Origin: an uncultured virus (IMG/VR IMGVR_UViG_3300029985_000693) | Lineage: Duplodnaviria; Heunggongvirae; Uroviricota; Caudoviricetes | Reading direction: 5' to 3' (one strand) | IMG/VR virus record: IMGVR_UViG_3300029985_000693 | Span: 1 to 64,000 of that record | Length of the DNA: 64,000 bases | Part shown: positions 48,939 to 58,608 of the stretch, one piece after another | Numbering within the stretch: position 1 is the first letter of the stretch | Layout: each line of letters begins with the position of its first letter | Made by a program: the position numbers and the translations under genes | Notes under the pieces: generated by a model | Database searches by the model: none | What the model was told of the DNA's origin: nothing | Seen by the model: the letters and a program-made list of their open reading frames with translations, nothing else

Positions 48939-51247
48939 TGTCTGTACTTAGAGCGGCTGCTTTATATAGTCAACAGCGCGTAGACGTTTCTACATTGCGG
49001 CTTTTTGACGCAGGAGTGCAAGGAGATTTTGACTGTTTAGCCGGTCAAATTATGAGTGGTAGGGATCCTTTGGTGATCAGAGGGGCTACTATCAATCCAG
49101 CCGGTATTGGTGGTCCTCCTACGGCCCTACAATTAGACCTTTCCGATACAGCGCTGCTCCATTATGGAGCCACCTCTTCGGGAACCATATTTTATACAGC
49201 TGAATCAGAGCCAGTACAAATACTATCCACCACAAATCCACTAATTGTTGGTTCCTTTACGGCAAATACAGTAAATTATGTTGGTTTGGATTTGGTCCGA
49301 ATACCAGACGACACAACTGCCGACCAAGTAGCTTTTTTGATACCCAATTTGGATCAAGAAGTATACCGCGAAACAGATACAGGGCAAATTCTACAATACC
49401 GTATTTACATTTCTACTACCCTTTTCGGTTCTAGTCCAAATGTTTGCCCGGTAGCTCAAGTCGCTGTAGATGACCGTGGCAACGTAACGAGCATAGAGGA
49501 CTGCCGACCCATGTCGTTCCGGCTAGGAAGCGGTGGAGACAGTCCTAGCGCCTCAAATAGCTATGTTTGGCCTTCGTCCACCCTGCGCTTAGTAGAACCA
49601 AATATAAGTTCGACCAGCACCAGCAATAATCCATTCGTTTCTGCTGATAAGTCTATTTACAGCCAAAAAGCTTGGCAAGATGCCGTAATGTCTCGTATAT
49701 GGGAAATAGGTGGTGGTAGCAATTGGTACAGCCCATCCACAGGTGCAAACGATGTTGTAACGGCCATAGGTGCTGGAGGTGGATTTACCTATGTATCTCC
49801 AACACTTACATGGACCGGAATAACTGTTGGTTTTACAAATTCAAACGCCAACTACAATACCATTACAAATGGTACTGCCGATTTAAGCGCTACAGGTAGT
49901 GTACTTTACATACTATTAGACAGAAGCGATACCAGCCCTAGTACCGCTTTAGTTCCTGCTGTTTGTCAGTGGAACAACCTATACTTACAGGGATCTGGGA
50001 CTCCTGGAATCCCATATGCTTTGGCTTGGAATTTCAACGGTACGGTTTACGCTAGAGGAGATGGAAATCCAGTTCCTATTGTTTTAGGAGGGGTTGCTAC
50101 GGTTAGCTCTGGAGGTACTGGCACTACTGGTATCGTTGAAATCTACAACGACCCCACTAGCTTATACACAAACAGTGGAACCTCCAGTACCTCCACCCCT
50201 ATTGTACCGGTGATGTCTGGAGCCCATAGCGGACAAATATTAGCTCTAGGCTTAACACGTCCAGCTTCAGGAACAATAATGATTGGTGCCAATACCTATG
50301 ATACTGGAGTGAGTATTGGTCAATCTGGATTTGGAACAAGTTTAACTTTAACTGGCGCTCTTAATCATCACAACTCAGTTTCATCAGGAGTTACATGGTT
50401 TCAGACAGACAACGTAATTGGTGGATATTCAGACGTGTTCCGGGGAAAAGCTGGAAATTCAACCACAAATGCCTTAATTGAGGTGGTTGGACAAACCCCT
50501 GGCGCTCAAATTAAACTAGAAAACGACTCTTCTACTTTATTGAGTTTGGTAGGAAATACAACCGCCTACCCTGCCGCTGGAACAGGAACAGGAGCTACAA
50601 ATACTGGTTCTCAAATCAATACGGGGACATCAGGCCCATTGGTTCTAGTTGGAGGTGGAGTGTCAACTAGCGGTCCTGGAGTGATTTTAAATACAGAAGC
50701 AGCGTTAGTAAGTGGGAAAGCTGTGTCTATTAGAAATTTCAACACAGAAATAGCATCAATAGACTATCAAGGTTATATAACAAGTGCCGGAAATCTAATT
50801 CCACCTCCAGGTGTTGGTATGTGTAATTATGCATCAGCCGCCGTAAGCGTTACAAATAGTCAAAGTCATTTATGGGTAGGTTCCGTAAGTGCAAACCCCG
50901 TAACACCAATTGGCGGTGTTACAATTTCTACAACCGCTGGAGCTACAAATGGAGCACTTACAATACCAGCGACTCAGGGTACATACATAATAACCATTGG
51001 AGGGACGGCCCTTTTTTCAAGCGCTGCAAATTATACCTACTCAATTTATAACATGACTGTTGGTTCGGCATCTTTTACTGGAACAGTCACACTAAGCTCC
51101 ACGGCAGCCGTCGTATTGTCTGGAGCCTATGTCTTCCAGCCACTTGGGATTTCAAATACATTTATTATTTCATTGGTAGCTGGTCTTGCTGGACCATACA
51201 CTGTCACAAGTGATAGTTTGTTTTTAATGGCACAAAGAGTGGCTTAA
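48938..51247 (+). CDS. Tail fibre / baseplate-attached fibre protein
   Basis: N-terminal QQRVD...DF attachment-like domain; Thr/Ser/Gly-rich distal part; follows baseplate genes. Confidence 0.65.
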   Translation: MSVLRAAALYSQQRVDVSTLRLFDAGVQGDFDCLAGQIMSGRDPLVIRGATINPAGIGGPPTALQLDLSDTALLHYGATSSGTIFYTAESEPVQILSTTNPLIVGSFTANTVNYVGLDLVRIPDDTTADQVAFLIPNLDQEVYRETDTGQILQYRIYISTTLFGSSPNVCPVAQVAVDDRGNVTSIEDCRPMSFRLGSGGDSPSASNSYVWPSSTLRLVEPNISSTSTSNNPFVSADKSIYSQKAWQDAVMSRIWEIGGGSNWYSPSTGANDVVTAIGAGGGFTYVSPTLTWTGITVGFTNSNANYNTITNGTADLSATGSVLYILLDRSDTSPSTALVPAVCQWNNLYLQGSGTPGIPYALAWNFNGTVYARGDGNPVPIVLGGVATVSSGGTGTTGIVEIYNDPTSLYTNSGTSSTSTPIVPVMSGAHSGQILALGLTRPASGTIMIGANTYDTGVSIGQSGFGTSLTLTGALNHHNSVSSGVTWFQTDNVIGGYSDVFRGKAGNSTTNALIEVVGQTPGAQIKLENDSSTLLSLVGNTTAYPAAGTGTGATNTGSQINTGTSGPLVLVGGGVSTSGPGVILNTEAALVSGKAVSIRNFNTEIASIDYQGYITSAGNLIPPPGVGMCNYASAAVSVTNSQSHLWVGSVSANPVTPIGGVTISTTAGATNGALTIPATQGTYIITIGGTALFSSAANYTYSIYNMTVGSASFTGTVTLSSTAAVVLSGAYVFQPLGISNTFIISLVAGLAGPYTVTSDSLFLMAQRVA

Positions 51248-51270
51248 CGGAAAGGTAATTTTACTAAATT

Positions 51271-51669
51271 ATGGCTCAACCAACCACTTTACAACAATTT
51301 AACGTAGCATTATCCTCCAACGGCGCTGCCAATGGAACCGTAGTTATTCCAACAAACAACGCATCTATGACTATGGTAGGAGCTACTGTGTTCTTGAACG
51401 ACAGTACCAATACCATTGGGCAAGAATGCGTTGTAACGTCTGTAGACGGGACCACCGGTACGATAGGTATACGGTTTGTACGTAATGAGCAAACTACCAA
51501 CAATGACTATGGTTTCGGTGGAAGCGCCAATTACGGACCGCCTCAATATGGCAGGACTAGTTGTGCGGCTTACCTAACAGCCAATAGTGCCTACATGTTA
51601 CAGCCGGCCCAGCTATTGTTTAATGGTAAATCAGACGATAGCTCAACTGCTGGCCCTCTAACAACCTAG
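51271..51669 (+). CDS. Small virion protein related to the N-terminal domain of 7380 and 8138
   Basis: G..nG.v......vGATVfl pattern; upstream AATTTTA. Confidence 0.55.
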   Translation: MAQPTTLQQFNVALSSNGAANGTVVIPTNNASMTMVGATVFLNDSTNTIGQECVVTSVDGTTGTIGIRFVRNEQTTNNDYGFGGSANYGPPQYGRTSCAAYLTANSAYMLQPAQLLFNGKSDDSSTAGPLTT

Positions 51670-51671
51670 AC

Positions 51672-52118
51672 CTATTTATGGCCCTTGCTGGTCATAAGGA
51701 CACCCCAAGCATGATCTATTTCATGTTGTATACATTGAGCTTTTAAGCCCGTAGCTGTGTCGGTCCATGTAGTACCATGTGGGTCTTGGTAGGTTACCTT
51801 GATTTTATCAAATCTAGATACAAACAGATAATTACCTTTATCAGATAAACACCCTTCGTATTTTTCCACCAAAACACTTCTCGGAGTTGTAACCCAGGAA
51901 GCATTTATGTATACCTTTTTGATACCGTCAATATAGGTAACAAATACTTGTACCGGCACACCTATCTGTACGGCTGATAATCCAACTCCACCCTCTACCA
52001 TTAAGGTGTCTTGAAGATTTTTGATTAAATCAAGGATTTCACTGTTAAATTCAGTAACAGGAGCCGACTTTTGGGAAAGTAACGGCTCTGATATAGAGAG
52101 AACTGGATATACAGCCAT
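51672..52118 (-). CDS. def: Peptide deformylase
   Basis: GVGLSAVQIG, EGCLS and QHEIDH motifs. Confidence 0.95.
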   Translation of the reverse strand: MAVYPVLSISEPLLSQKSAPVTEFNSEILDLIKNLQDTLMVEGGVGLSAVQIGVPVQVFVTYIDGIKKVYINASWVTTPRSVLVEKYEGCLSDKGNYLFVSRFDKIKVTYQDPHGTTWTDTATGLKAQCIQHEIDHAWGVLMTSKGHK

Positions 52119-52126
52119 GGTATTCC

Positions 52127-52411
52127 TTAAGGCAAGAAACCATCTGGAATGCTATTGTTGCTTAGATGGGCTCGTACTTCTTCTTGACTTGGAGGAAGTC
52201 CAAGGACCTGAATTTTCTTGACCCACCGAAACGCATTCATTTGTGACTCAACTGTAGGTTTAGAGGAATTGTCAAAAAAATTACTGTAAACTTTATAGAC
52301 TGGCCAGCCATCTTCCTTGCGTACTAACTCTCCTCGGTACTCAGCTACTATTTTGGTACCAGTAAATGGATCATTAACAAATACTTCGTATTGTTGCTTT
52401 GGAATTGCCAT
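52127..52411 (-). CDS. Hypothetical protein
   Basis: AAGGAAG RBS and upstream promoter. Confidence 0.6.
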   Translation of the reverse strand: MAIPKQQYEVFVNDPFTGTKIVAEYRGELVRKEDGWPVYKVYSNFFDNSSKPTVESQMNAFRWVKKIQVLGLPPSQEEVRAHLSNNSIPDGFLP

Positions 52412-52456
52412 GTGTTTTTCTTCCTTTTAGTTTAGTTAGGTAGAGACTACCCAAGC

Positions 52457-52484
52457 ACTATACCAGACTCTCAATAAAAGTCAA
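52457..52484 (-). promoter_or_regulatory. Sigma70-like promoter TTGACT-N16-TATAGT with TGn extension
   Basis: Read directly upstream of 52411. Confidence 0.5.
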
Positions 52485-52591
52485 GGCTTGCGATTGGAAT
52501 TGATTGCTTTTGTTAATGGGGCCAAAATAACCATTAACAACACAGAACCAAATACAAACTCAGCGATTAATAGCTTTTTAAGCTTAAACAT
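52481..52591 (-). CDS. 36-aa membrane peptide MFKLKKLLIAEFVFGSVLLMVILAPLTKAINSNRKP
   Basis: Translated by hand; TAATG-coupled to the upstream gene. Confidence 0.5.
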   Translation of the reverse strand: MFKLKKLLIAEFVFGSVLLMVILAPLTKAINSNRKP

Positions 52592-52902
52592 TACGCAGCC
52601 TTACGGAATTTACAATCCGAGCAGATCAAAAACACCTTAAATCCTAGATCGTGGACATCTAATTCCCCCTCACAATTAGGGCAGGGAGGCTTAGTAGAAG
52701 GTGGTTGGTCGAATGGCTCGTCTTCTTCTTCAAACGCTTCAGGAGACCCACCCTCGGCCCTAGATAGGGCCTTTCTAGCCTTAGCTAGCTGTCGGGTTAG
52801 GTGTTTGACTTCTGACTCGAGTTCCCTCTCTCGACGACTGAGTTTTGCTTCTCTGCTTGGACGATGTTGTGTTGCTTGCCTATTGAGAGTTCCATGTGCC
52901 AT
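52591..52902 (-). CDS. Coiled-coil protein with C-terminal zinc ribbon
   Basis: CPNC...CSDC; likely start MAHG at 52902 with AGAGG RBS. Confidence 0.6.
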   Translation of the reverse strand: MAHGTLNRQATQHRPSREAKLSRRERELESEVKHLTRQLAKARKALSRAEGGSPEAFEEEDEPFDQPPSTKPPCPNCEGELDVHDLGFKVFLICSDCKFRKAA

Positions 52903-52956
52903 GATGCCTCTTGTATATAAATTGTCTCTACAGAAGCGACAACCCAAGCAGAAAAG

Positions 52957-53199
52957 TTACTTCTTAACAACAGCCTCCATACGGACTATCCAGTACCCAT
53001 CTCTAAAATACATCTCCAAATAGTCAAACGGTTTTCCATCACAAAGAGCGTTGTTTGGGTCCATAAGGAATGTAAGCAAAATACCCCTCTCTTCCAGACC
53101 TTGAAGAGAAAGGGGTTCTTGACAAAAACTAGACTTCAAAACAGTAGAAATTTTCTTGCTACCGTAATCCAAATCTGAGGTATAAACCTTGCGGTCCAT
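52957..53199 (-). CDS. Hypothetical protein
   Basis: AAGGA RBS; operon packing. Confidence 0.55.
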   Translation of the reverse strand: MDRKVYTSDLDYGSKKISTVLKSSFCQEPLSLQGLEERGILLTFLMDPNNALCDGKPFDYLEMYFRDGYWIVRMEAVVKK

Positions 53200-53211
53200 T
53201 CGATCCTTTAG

Positions 53212-53397
53212 TTAGTCTGCAAATGAGAGTTCTTCTTCTTCATCTTTTTTGGCAGGATCATCATGAGCTTCCAAACTCTCTTCCAGCCGAGTAATTACAC
53301 TTTCAATAATATCTGGAATAAGTTCTTCATCTACTTTATTTTCAACCAAAACATCCTCCAAAGAGGATTCCAGCAACTTATAGGCGAGACGGTTCAT
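53212..53397 (-). CDS. Small acidic hypothetical protein
   Basis: AAGGA RBS; operon packing. Confidence 0.55.
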   Translation of the reverse strand: MNRLAYKLLESSLEDVLVENKVDEELIPDIIESVITRLEESLEAHDDPAKKDEEEELSFAD

Positions 53398-53405
53398 GTT
53401 TTTCC

Positions 53406-54035
53406 TTAAAATGTTATACTTGCTTGAATTCCTACGTTTTTTTGCTTATCCGCATAAATTCCCAACCAAATGGGACCTACAATGCGTCTATCTAATTGCA
53501 ACCCAAAGTTTATATTGTCTTTAGTTGGAGTCTGAGTTACGTTCAGGCCAGCATAGATCCCCAACCGCCAGTTTAATGGATCATTTGTTACGGTAACAGT
53601 GTTGATTTTGGTATCTTTATCTATGGTTTTTGTATCTGTAGCTACTTTAGTTTCGGTGGTAGGAATGGATGCTGTTTGATTTTTGTTACTGTAGTCTGTT
53701 TGGTTGTTCCAGTCAATGGTTTTCTTTATGGTTACGTTACCTTGAGGATCCTTATGCTCTTCCACGACTACATGACCGGACCTATGAACCTCTTGGGCTT
53801 TCTCTTCATTCTTTATGGTAGGAGTGGTCGTGACCTGGGTTGTAACGGTTTGACCTACAGTCTTATCGTCATTTTTAATGATTTGTTGCTGTACGGTCTT
53901 TAATGGCTTAGACATCTTACCAGTACCAAAACCTATTAAAAACATAACTATAAGAGCTACGGTAATTCCACCAAGCTTCTTCCAATTAGTCTTTAAATAA
54001 GCTAAAATGTCTGTCAATATAGTAACTTCACTCAT
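53406..54035 (-). CDS. Envelope-spanning-like protein: N-terminal TM, Thr/Lys linker, C-terminal amphipathic beta strands ending in Phe
   Basis: GGITVALIVMFLIGFGTG; WRLGIYAG...FGLQLDRR...WLGIYA...VGIQASITF. Confidence 0.6.
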   Translation of the reverse strand: MSEVTILTDILAYLKTNWKKLGGITVALIVMFLIGFGTGKMSKPLKTVQQQIIKNDDKTVGQTVTTQVTTTPTIKNEEKAQEVHRSGHVVVEEHKDPQGNVTIKKTIDWNNQTDYSNKNQTASIPTTETKVATDTKTIDKDTKINTVTVTNDPLNWRLGIYAGLNVTQTPTKDNINFGLQLDRRIVGPIWLGIYADKQKNVGIQASITF

Positions 54036-54679
54036 TAATTCTTCTTCTTTTTGGTATAAGGTACAATTTCATCAACCAAACCAAGGTCTATAGCCTGTTG
54101 AGCATCGTAATAGGTATCTTTCTTGCAAGCCTTAACTACGTCCGAATGACTCATTTTACCCTTAGACGAATTAGCTAAAACATTGTAATACCGTTCGTTG
54201 TTTTCTTTTAGATCTTCTGCGTGTTCAAGCATTTCGTGAGCTTGAAATTGGTTCTCGCCAGAAATAAATAGTTTCCCCTGGTGAATCATGATCCTACTTT
54301 CCGGCATCATCCTGCGGGTGTCTGCGGCTTGAAGGATAAGGGCTCCAATGCTACTTGCGGCTCCAGCCACGTCCATAGTAACGTGGTTTCGGGCCGTTCT
54401 AATGGCATCGTAGATAGCCATCCCTATCTCCATGGAGCCGCCATTGGAGTGAAAGGTTATATAGATAGGAGCTTCAAAAGTATCCATAACTGAAAATGCA
54501 GTTATAAATGCCTTAAATAGTTCTTCATCTACATCCCCAACCAGAAACAGTCTACGCTCCCTAAGGCTGACACCCATGCTGACGGCTATTTGTAACTCAC
54601 CAGCTACAGTACTAATTTCTACTAACTCACCAGGATCTGTCCTGGTTGTGGTTTTCGTCTTTTTGGGGGCTTTAGGCAT
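54035..54679 (-). CDS. clpP: ClpP protease subunit
   Basis: RRLFLVGDV, HSNGGS...G.AIYD, GAASSIGALILQA, RIMIHQ, DTYY.A.QA...GLVD. Confidence 0.9.
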   Translation of the reverse strand: MPKAPKKTKTTTRTDPGELVEISTVAGELQIAVSMGVSLRERRLFLVGDVDEELFKAFITAFSVMDTFEAPIYITFHSNGGSMEIGMAIYDAIRTARNHVTMDVAGAASSIGALILQAADTRRMMPESRIMIHQGKLFISGENQFQAHEMLEHAEDLKENNERYYNVLANSSKGKMSHSDVVKACKKDTYYDAQQAIDLGLVDEIVPYTKKKKN

Positions 54680-56173
54680 TTATTGACCATTTCCTTGATT
54701 TTGATAGGCTGCTAAGAACTCATCCGTTACAAACTTATTGGGGTACTGTAGCATTAAGTACTGGGCCATGTCAATGTCTGAGGATGTACCCCTATATGCT
54801 ACCCCTCCGAGTTCATTACTATGGGTAGTAGTAGTACCGAAATTACTATTACAGGTAACAGCTATACCGGTTTCGCTGCCACGGGATTTATCCACATAAT
54901 ACGTAATCAAGTTCTTGGCTTGAGATTCAGGGTTACGATTGACAGTTATGATGTTAGAGGCTGTTTGCATAGGTCCGTAAGCTTCGGCTGCATCTTCTTG
55001 CGTTAGGAACCTTGAGTCGTCAGCCTTGTTCACCTTAGCCCCCTCACGGTTGGATTGGTAGGCAACAATGCTATGCCAATTAAATTCCAAAGCGTAATTA
55101 ACGTAATAATCATAGACAATATCCAAGCTAAAACGCTTTTCTAGCTTGCCCCCAGCATTTTGCTTGGTCCGTAGTTTGGCCGGGTAGTCACAAACAAACA
55201 GGTCGTATCCTTTGCCAAACTTAGCGACACGCTCATCCTGCTTGGTTCGGATGATAGGTTCAACGTCTTCAATACTCATTCCGGCTTTAGCGTAATGAAT
55301 AAATGTTAGATTGCGCTTTAGTTGAGCCAAAGCTGTATCTAGACGCTTCTTTCCTTCTGGATCGGTTAGCATCTTAAATAGTTCGGCTCGTTTAACCCCA
55401 AGCATGCATTGCCAGATTTTGAAGTTAATATCTGCTGGACGGCCCTCATGAACCATGAATAATACTGATTTATTGCGCTTTACGTTGGCACAGATGGTAG
55501 TTATTAGGGTTGAAGTTTTGCCAGTATTACTTGGAGCAAGTACGATAGTCTGGTCGCCAGGGAGGAGTCCTCCCCCCTGATTGTCTGGCAGTAAAACCTT
55601 ATCCATAACTCCAATACCAAATGTTAAAGCCTTGTCCCGATCTACTAGTTCTTGTTGGAAATCAGTAAGATAGTTCTCGAATTGAAATTCCTTGTCTTCT
55701 ACGAAGCGGGTGGTTTTAATGTCTTCTATCTTTTTACCAAAAAAATGATAACACTCCTGAAATCGTTGTTGTAGGAACAACGTCTTAGCTTCTTGGGCTG
55801 TACCTTGAAACATTACAGCCTGTAGCCATCCTTGTAGTTCGGTAGCAATTACATCCTTACCATAGTTTTTGGACTCCAAAAGGGAAAGCTTAACCTTTTG
55901 TTGCATTTTGCTACGAACCAAAGGTTCTTCCGTAACGAAGTCTCCCCACTCCGTAAGTTCTTCTACGGTTGGAATGCGCTTAAATTCATCATAAAACTTT
56001 ATCTTGGTGGTCCAAACCTTGCTAGAAATGGCATCTAAAAACCAATTAGCTTGGATTTTATAACGGGAAAGAGTAAAAAACTGAGGATCTGTAAGTAAGT
56101 GACCCAAAACGGCATCTTGTTTTTTAGCACTAAAGGGGAGTTGAATTGCGTCTAGATCGTTTTCGACAGACAT
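54680..56173 (-). CDS. dnaB: DnaB-like (SF4) replicative helicase
   Basis: Walker A APSNTGKT; VHE; FVCDY; YQSNRE; KSR. Confidence 0.85.
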   Translation of the reverse strand: MSVENDLDAIQLPFSAKKQDAVLGHLLTDPQFFTLSRYKIQANWFLDAISSKVWTTKIKFYDEFKRIPTVEELTEWGDFVTEEPLVRSKMQQKVKLSLLESKNYGKDVIATELQGWLQAVMFQGTAQEAKTLFLQQRFQECYHFFGKKIEDIKTTRFVEDKEFQFENYLTDFQQELVDRDKALTFGIGVMDKVLLPDNQGGGLLPGDQTIVLAPSNTGKTSTLITTICANVKRNKSVLFMVHEGRPADINFKIWQCMLGVKRAELFKMLTDPEGKKRLDTALAQLKRNLTFIHYAKAGMSIEDVEPIIRTKQDERVAKFGKGYDLFVCDYPAKLRTKQNAGGKLEKRFSLDIVYDYYVNYALEFNWHSIVAYQSNREGAKVNKADDSRFLTQEDAAEAYGPMQTASNIITVNRNPESQAKNLITYYVDKSRGSETGIAVTCNSNFGTTTTHSNELGGVAYRGTSSDIDMAQYLMLQYPNKFVTDEFLAAYQNQGNGQ

Positions 56174-56197
56174 TTAGATGGTATTCCTTGTTAGAAG

Positions 56198-56515
56198 TTA
56201 GGGTAATTGAGACTTCTTAAATTTATATCCGTACTGCTTTTTCTTTATTATGTCGGGCGAGCACTCTGATACCATATAGGCTTTCGCTGCATTTAATTGT
56301 CTCAAAAGTTCGTCAATCCAAGTACTAGACGCACACATCTGATTAAACCAAACACCATCATCCTCCATTAATATATTAATCATAACGTGTGGGTCTTTAT
56401 CGCCATTGCGAGGGGATAATCCAACCCCAAGACACTTTCCTTTGAATTCTTCGGTGTAATCCATCTCATTGTCTCCATCATACCCAAAATCTGTCATGTC
56501 GTCTGTATCTGCCAT
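56198..56515 (-). CDS. Hypothetical protein
   Basis: AAGGAG RBS; lies between primase and helicase. Confidence 0.6.
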   Translation of the reverse strand: MADTDDMTDFGYDGDNEMDYTEEFKGKCLGVGLSPRNGDKDPHVMINILMEDDGVWFNQMCASSTWIDELLRQLNAAKAYMVSECSPDIIKKKQYGYKFKKSQLP

Positions 56516-56523
56516 AACTCTCC

Positions 56524-58599
56524 TTAGAAGTTAAAAGCTTGATCAAAAATCAGTTTGGCTTTATTTATTCGTTTTGCCACACTATACTGCTCAAGTACTT
56601 CTTCAAATGTCATTTCGCCTAGGTCTTTGTGGCCCTTAGAGGGTTCCATCAAATACAAATCAAACTCATCTTCGTATTTTTGAACCAATTTAATAGTCTC
56701 ATCTAAAGCGTCTGGGTCTAATCCAAGGTATATTTTCTTAATGCCGAGATGGCGTAACAGTTGTATTTGGTGTTTAGTGACGATTTTGCCCATAGAGGCT
56801 ACGTTCCCGCCAATCATATCACAGTTGTGTACAACTGTAAAGTCTTTAAGAAGAAACAAATGATCTCCGTCTGTTTCAATACCATAAAAAACCCCATCTT
56901 CAACTGAATTTATTTTGAACTGGCTTTTTGTTGGAATATGTTTTGGGGTGTAGGAAGTAGGAACTTTTTTTCTAGGGACGCGCAAGGGAATTTCAGACAA
57001 ATCACCACCAATCGTAACACTATAATATAAACTTGGTCTGCCGGGAGTTTTGCTCGTAGAACGCACATAAGGCGTCAGACATGTTTTAAACCCCAAGGAT
57101 CTGGATAGCCACACAAAAGAATCTACGATAACTTTGGATTTTTGAGTAAACCTTATATGATTTTTGTTAGTAGTACCGTCCGTATCAATCAAACCCGCTA
57201 AAAGTTCTAGTCTTTGTTGTCTAGATCCATGTAAATAAATGTCTGGAATGTGTTTATTATTTAATACTCCCAATTCATTTAATTTTAATTTAGAATTAGT
57301 CATTATTGTTCGAGCTTTACCCTTACACCCATTTCTCTTTCTTAGTACCTTTCCTGACAAAAATTCCAAAGCGATAGTAAATGGTTTAGCTGCATATTTT
57401 GAAGCTTTGTTTCCCGTCCTATCTAAAATTTCTACAAAATCATCATTTTTATTGACCCAATTACACCACTCTTGGGCTATCTCACTATCCATACTAGTCA
57501 AAAGAGCTTGATCAGAATCTCCGTCACCCAGCCAAATACCAAGAATATACGGTGGAATGGACAACGATTTTTCTGGAAATTCTAAAATAGCTCGATATAA
57601 AGAAAAGTGTTGTTGAGTGTTATGCTTGTATTTTAAATAATTATTGACCGAAATTTCTATTTTATTATATATAGGTTTTTTATCGTGTCTCTTTTCCAAT
57701 GACAAAATATGTTCTCCATTACAAACCCACGAGTCCCCACCGCCAGATGGAGTGATCTTATATAGCGGACCAAATCCATCATTAACAGAAAGAACGTTAC
57801 GGGCGTTGCCGTCTGGACCCATTAGTTGGTCACCCACTACAATATTTTGAACGGCTTTTGAAGAGCCATCCGACATCATAACCATTGTATCGATACCAAA
57901 ACATTTCATAGAATCCAGAGGCCCCTCGCTTATAACAGCTTTGTCGCCGGGAGTCAAGCGGTCATAAAACATCACCAATTTATCCCTAGGAGTTCCATTT
58001 TCTGTAAGGATCTTGGGGATCCTTCTTACTTGACCATCCTTAAAGTAGGTGGTTTCACCCGTAAAGCGACCTTGCCAGCCGTAAAGGGTACCACCGGCTT
58101 TGACCGGGAAGACCACCCGTCTCGACGTAATGTCATAGTGCAGGTCGTATTTAACGGCAACTTCCAGGGGGATTCCACGGGATTCCAAATAGCGGAGCCC
58201 TCGGGAGGACAACTTGTGCGAGATAGGGTAATAACCATACGGATATACTTTCGGTTCTAATACTAAAGGTTCTTCTGGTTCTGGTTCTTGCTGAAAATCT
58301 AAAAAATTAAATACAAATGTCTCTTCAAAATTACTTAAGGTTATTTCCCCATACAGCTTGGATTTCATTTCACTTAAGGGAATACCAGTCAACACAGATA
58401 GAGCGTATTCTGCTTTGCCCTTGAAATTATTAGTTTCAGCGCAACTAAAGCATATAAACGCTCCATCTTTCTTACGTATATAGAGTTTGTCAGGCTTGTC
58501 GCATAACGGACATCTAAATACGTAAGAATTTGTTGTTGTTCGAAAATTAAGACCCAGGTCGTCTATGACCTTAAATAATTGTTTGGGTTCTATAGACAT
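56524..58599 (-). CDS. dnaG: DNA primase (zinc finger plus TOPRIM) interrupted by an intein
   Basis: CPLC...CFSC; YLESRGI; RVVFP...GWQGR; ISEGPLD; YLGLDPD; KDLGE. Confidence 0.9.
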   Translation of the reverse strand: MSIEPKQLFKVIDDLGLNFRTTTNSYVFRCPLCDKPDKLYIRKKDGAFICFSCAETNNFKGKAEYALSVLTGIPLSEMKSKLYGEITLSNFEETFVFNFLDFQQEPEPEEPLVLEPKVYPYGYYPISHKLSSRGLRYLESRGIPLEVAVKYDLHYDITSRRVVFPVKAGGTLYGWQGRFTGETTYFKDGQVRRIPKILTENGTPRDKLVMFYDRLTPGDKAVISEGPLDSMKCFGIDTMVMMSDGSSKAVQNIVVGDQLMGPDGNARNVLSVNDGFGPLYKITPSGGGDSWVCNGEHILSLEKRHDKKPIYNKIEISVNNYLKYKHNTQQHFSLYRAILEFPEKSLSIPPYILGIWLGDGDSDQALLTSMDSEIAQEWCNWVNKNDDFVEILDRTGNKASKYAAKPFTIALEFLSGKVLRKRNGCKGKARTIMTNSKLKLNELGVLNNKHIPDIYLHGSRQQRLELLAGLIDTDGTTNKNHIRFTQKSKVIVDSFVWLSRSLGFKTCLTPYVRSTSKTPGRPSLYYSVTIGGDLSEIPLRVPRKKVPTSYTPKHIPTKSQFKINSVEDGVFYGIETDGDHLFLLKDFTVVHNCDMIGGNVASMGKIVTKHQIQLLRHLGIKKIYLGLDPDALDETIKLVQKYEDEFDLYLMEPSKGHKDLGEMTFEEVLEQYSVAKRINKAKLIFDQAFNF
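56824..57903 (-). mobile_element. 360-aa intein with LAGLIDADG endonuclease
   Basis: Starts CFGIDT; block B CNGEHIL; LGIWLGDG and LLAGLIDTDG; ends VVHN followed by Cys+1. Confidence 0.95.
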
Positions 58600-58608
58600 G
58601 GGCTCATC

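Noticed and set aside
17888..51669. Extracellular contractile injection system, tailocin or T6SS locus
   Set aside because: Linked to phage-type replication genes, neck genes and homing endonucleases; no eCIS ATPase or T6SS membrane complex recognised
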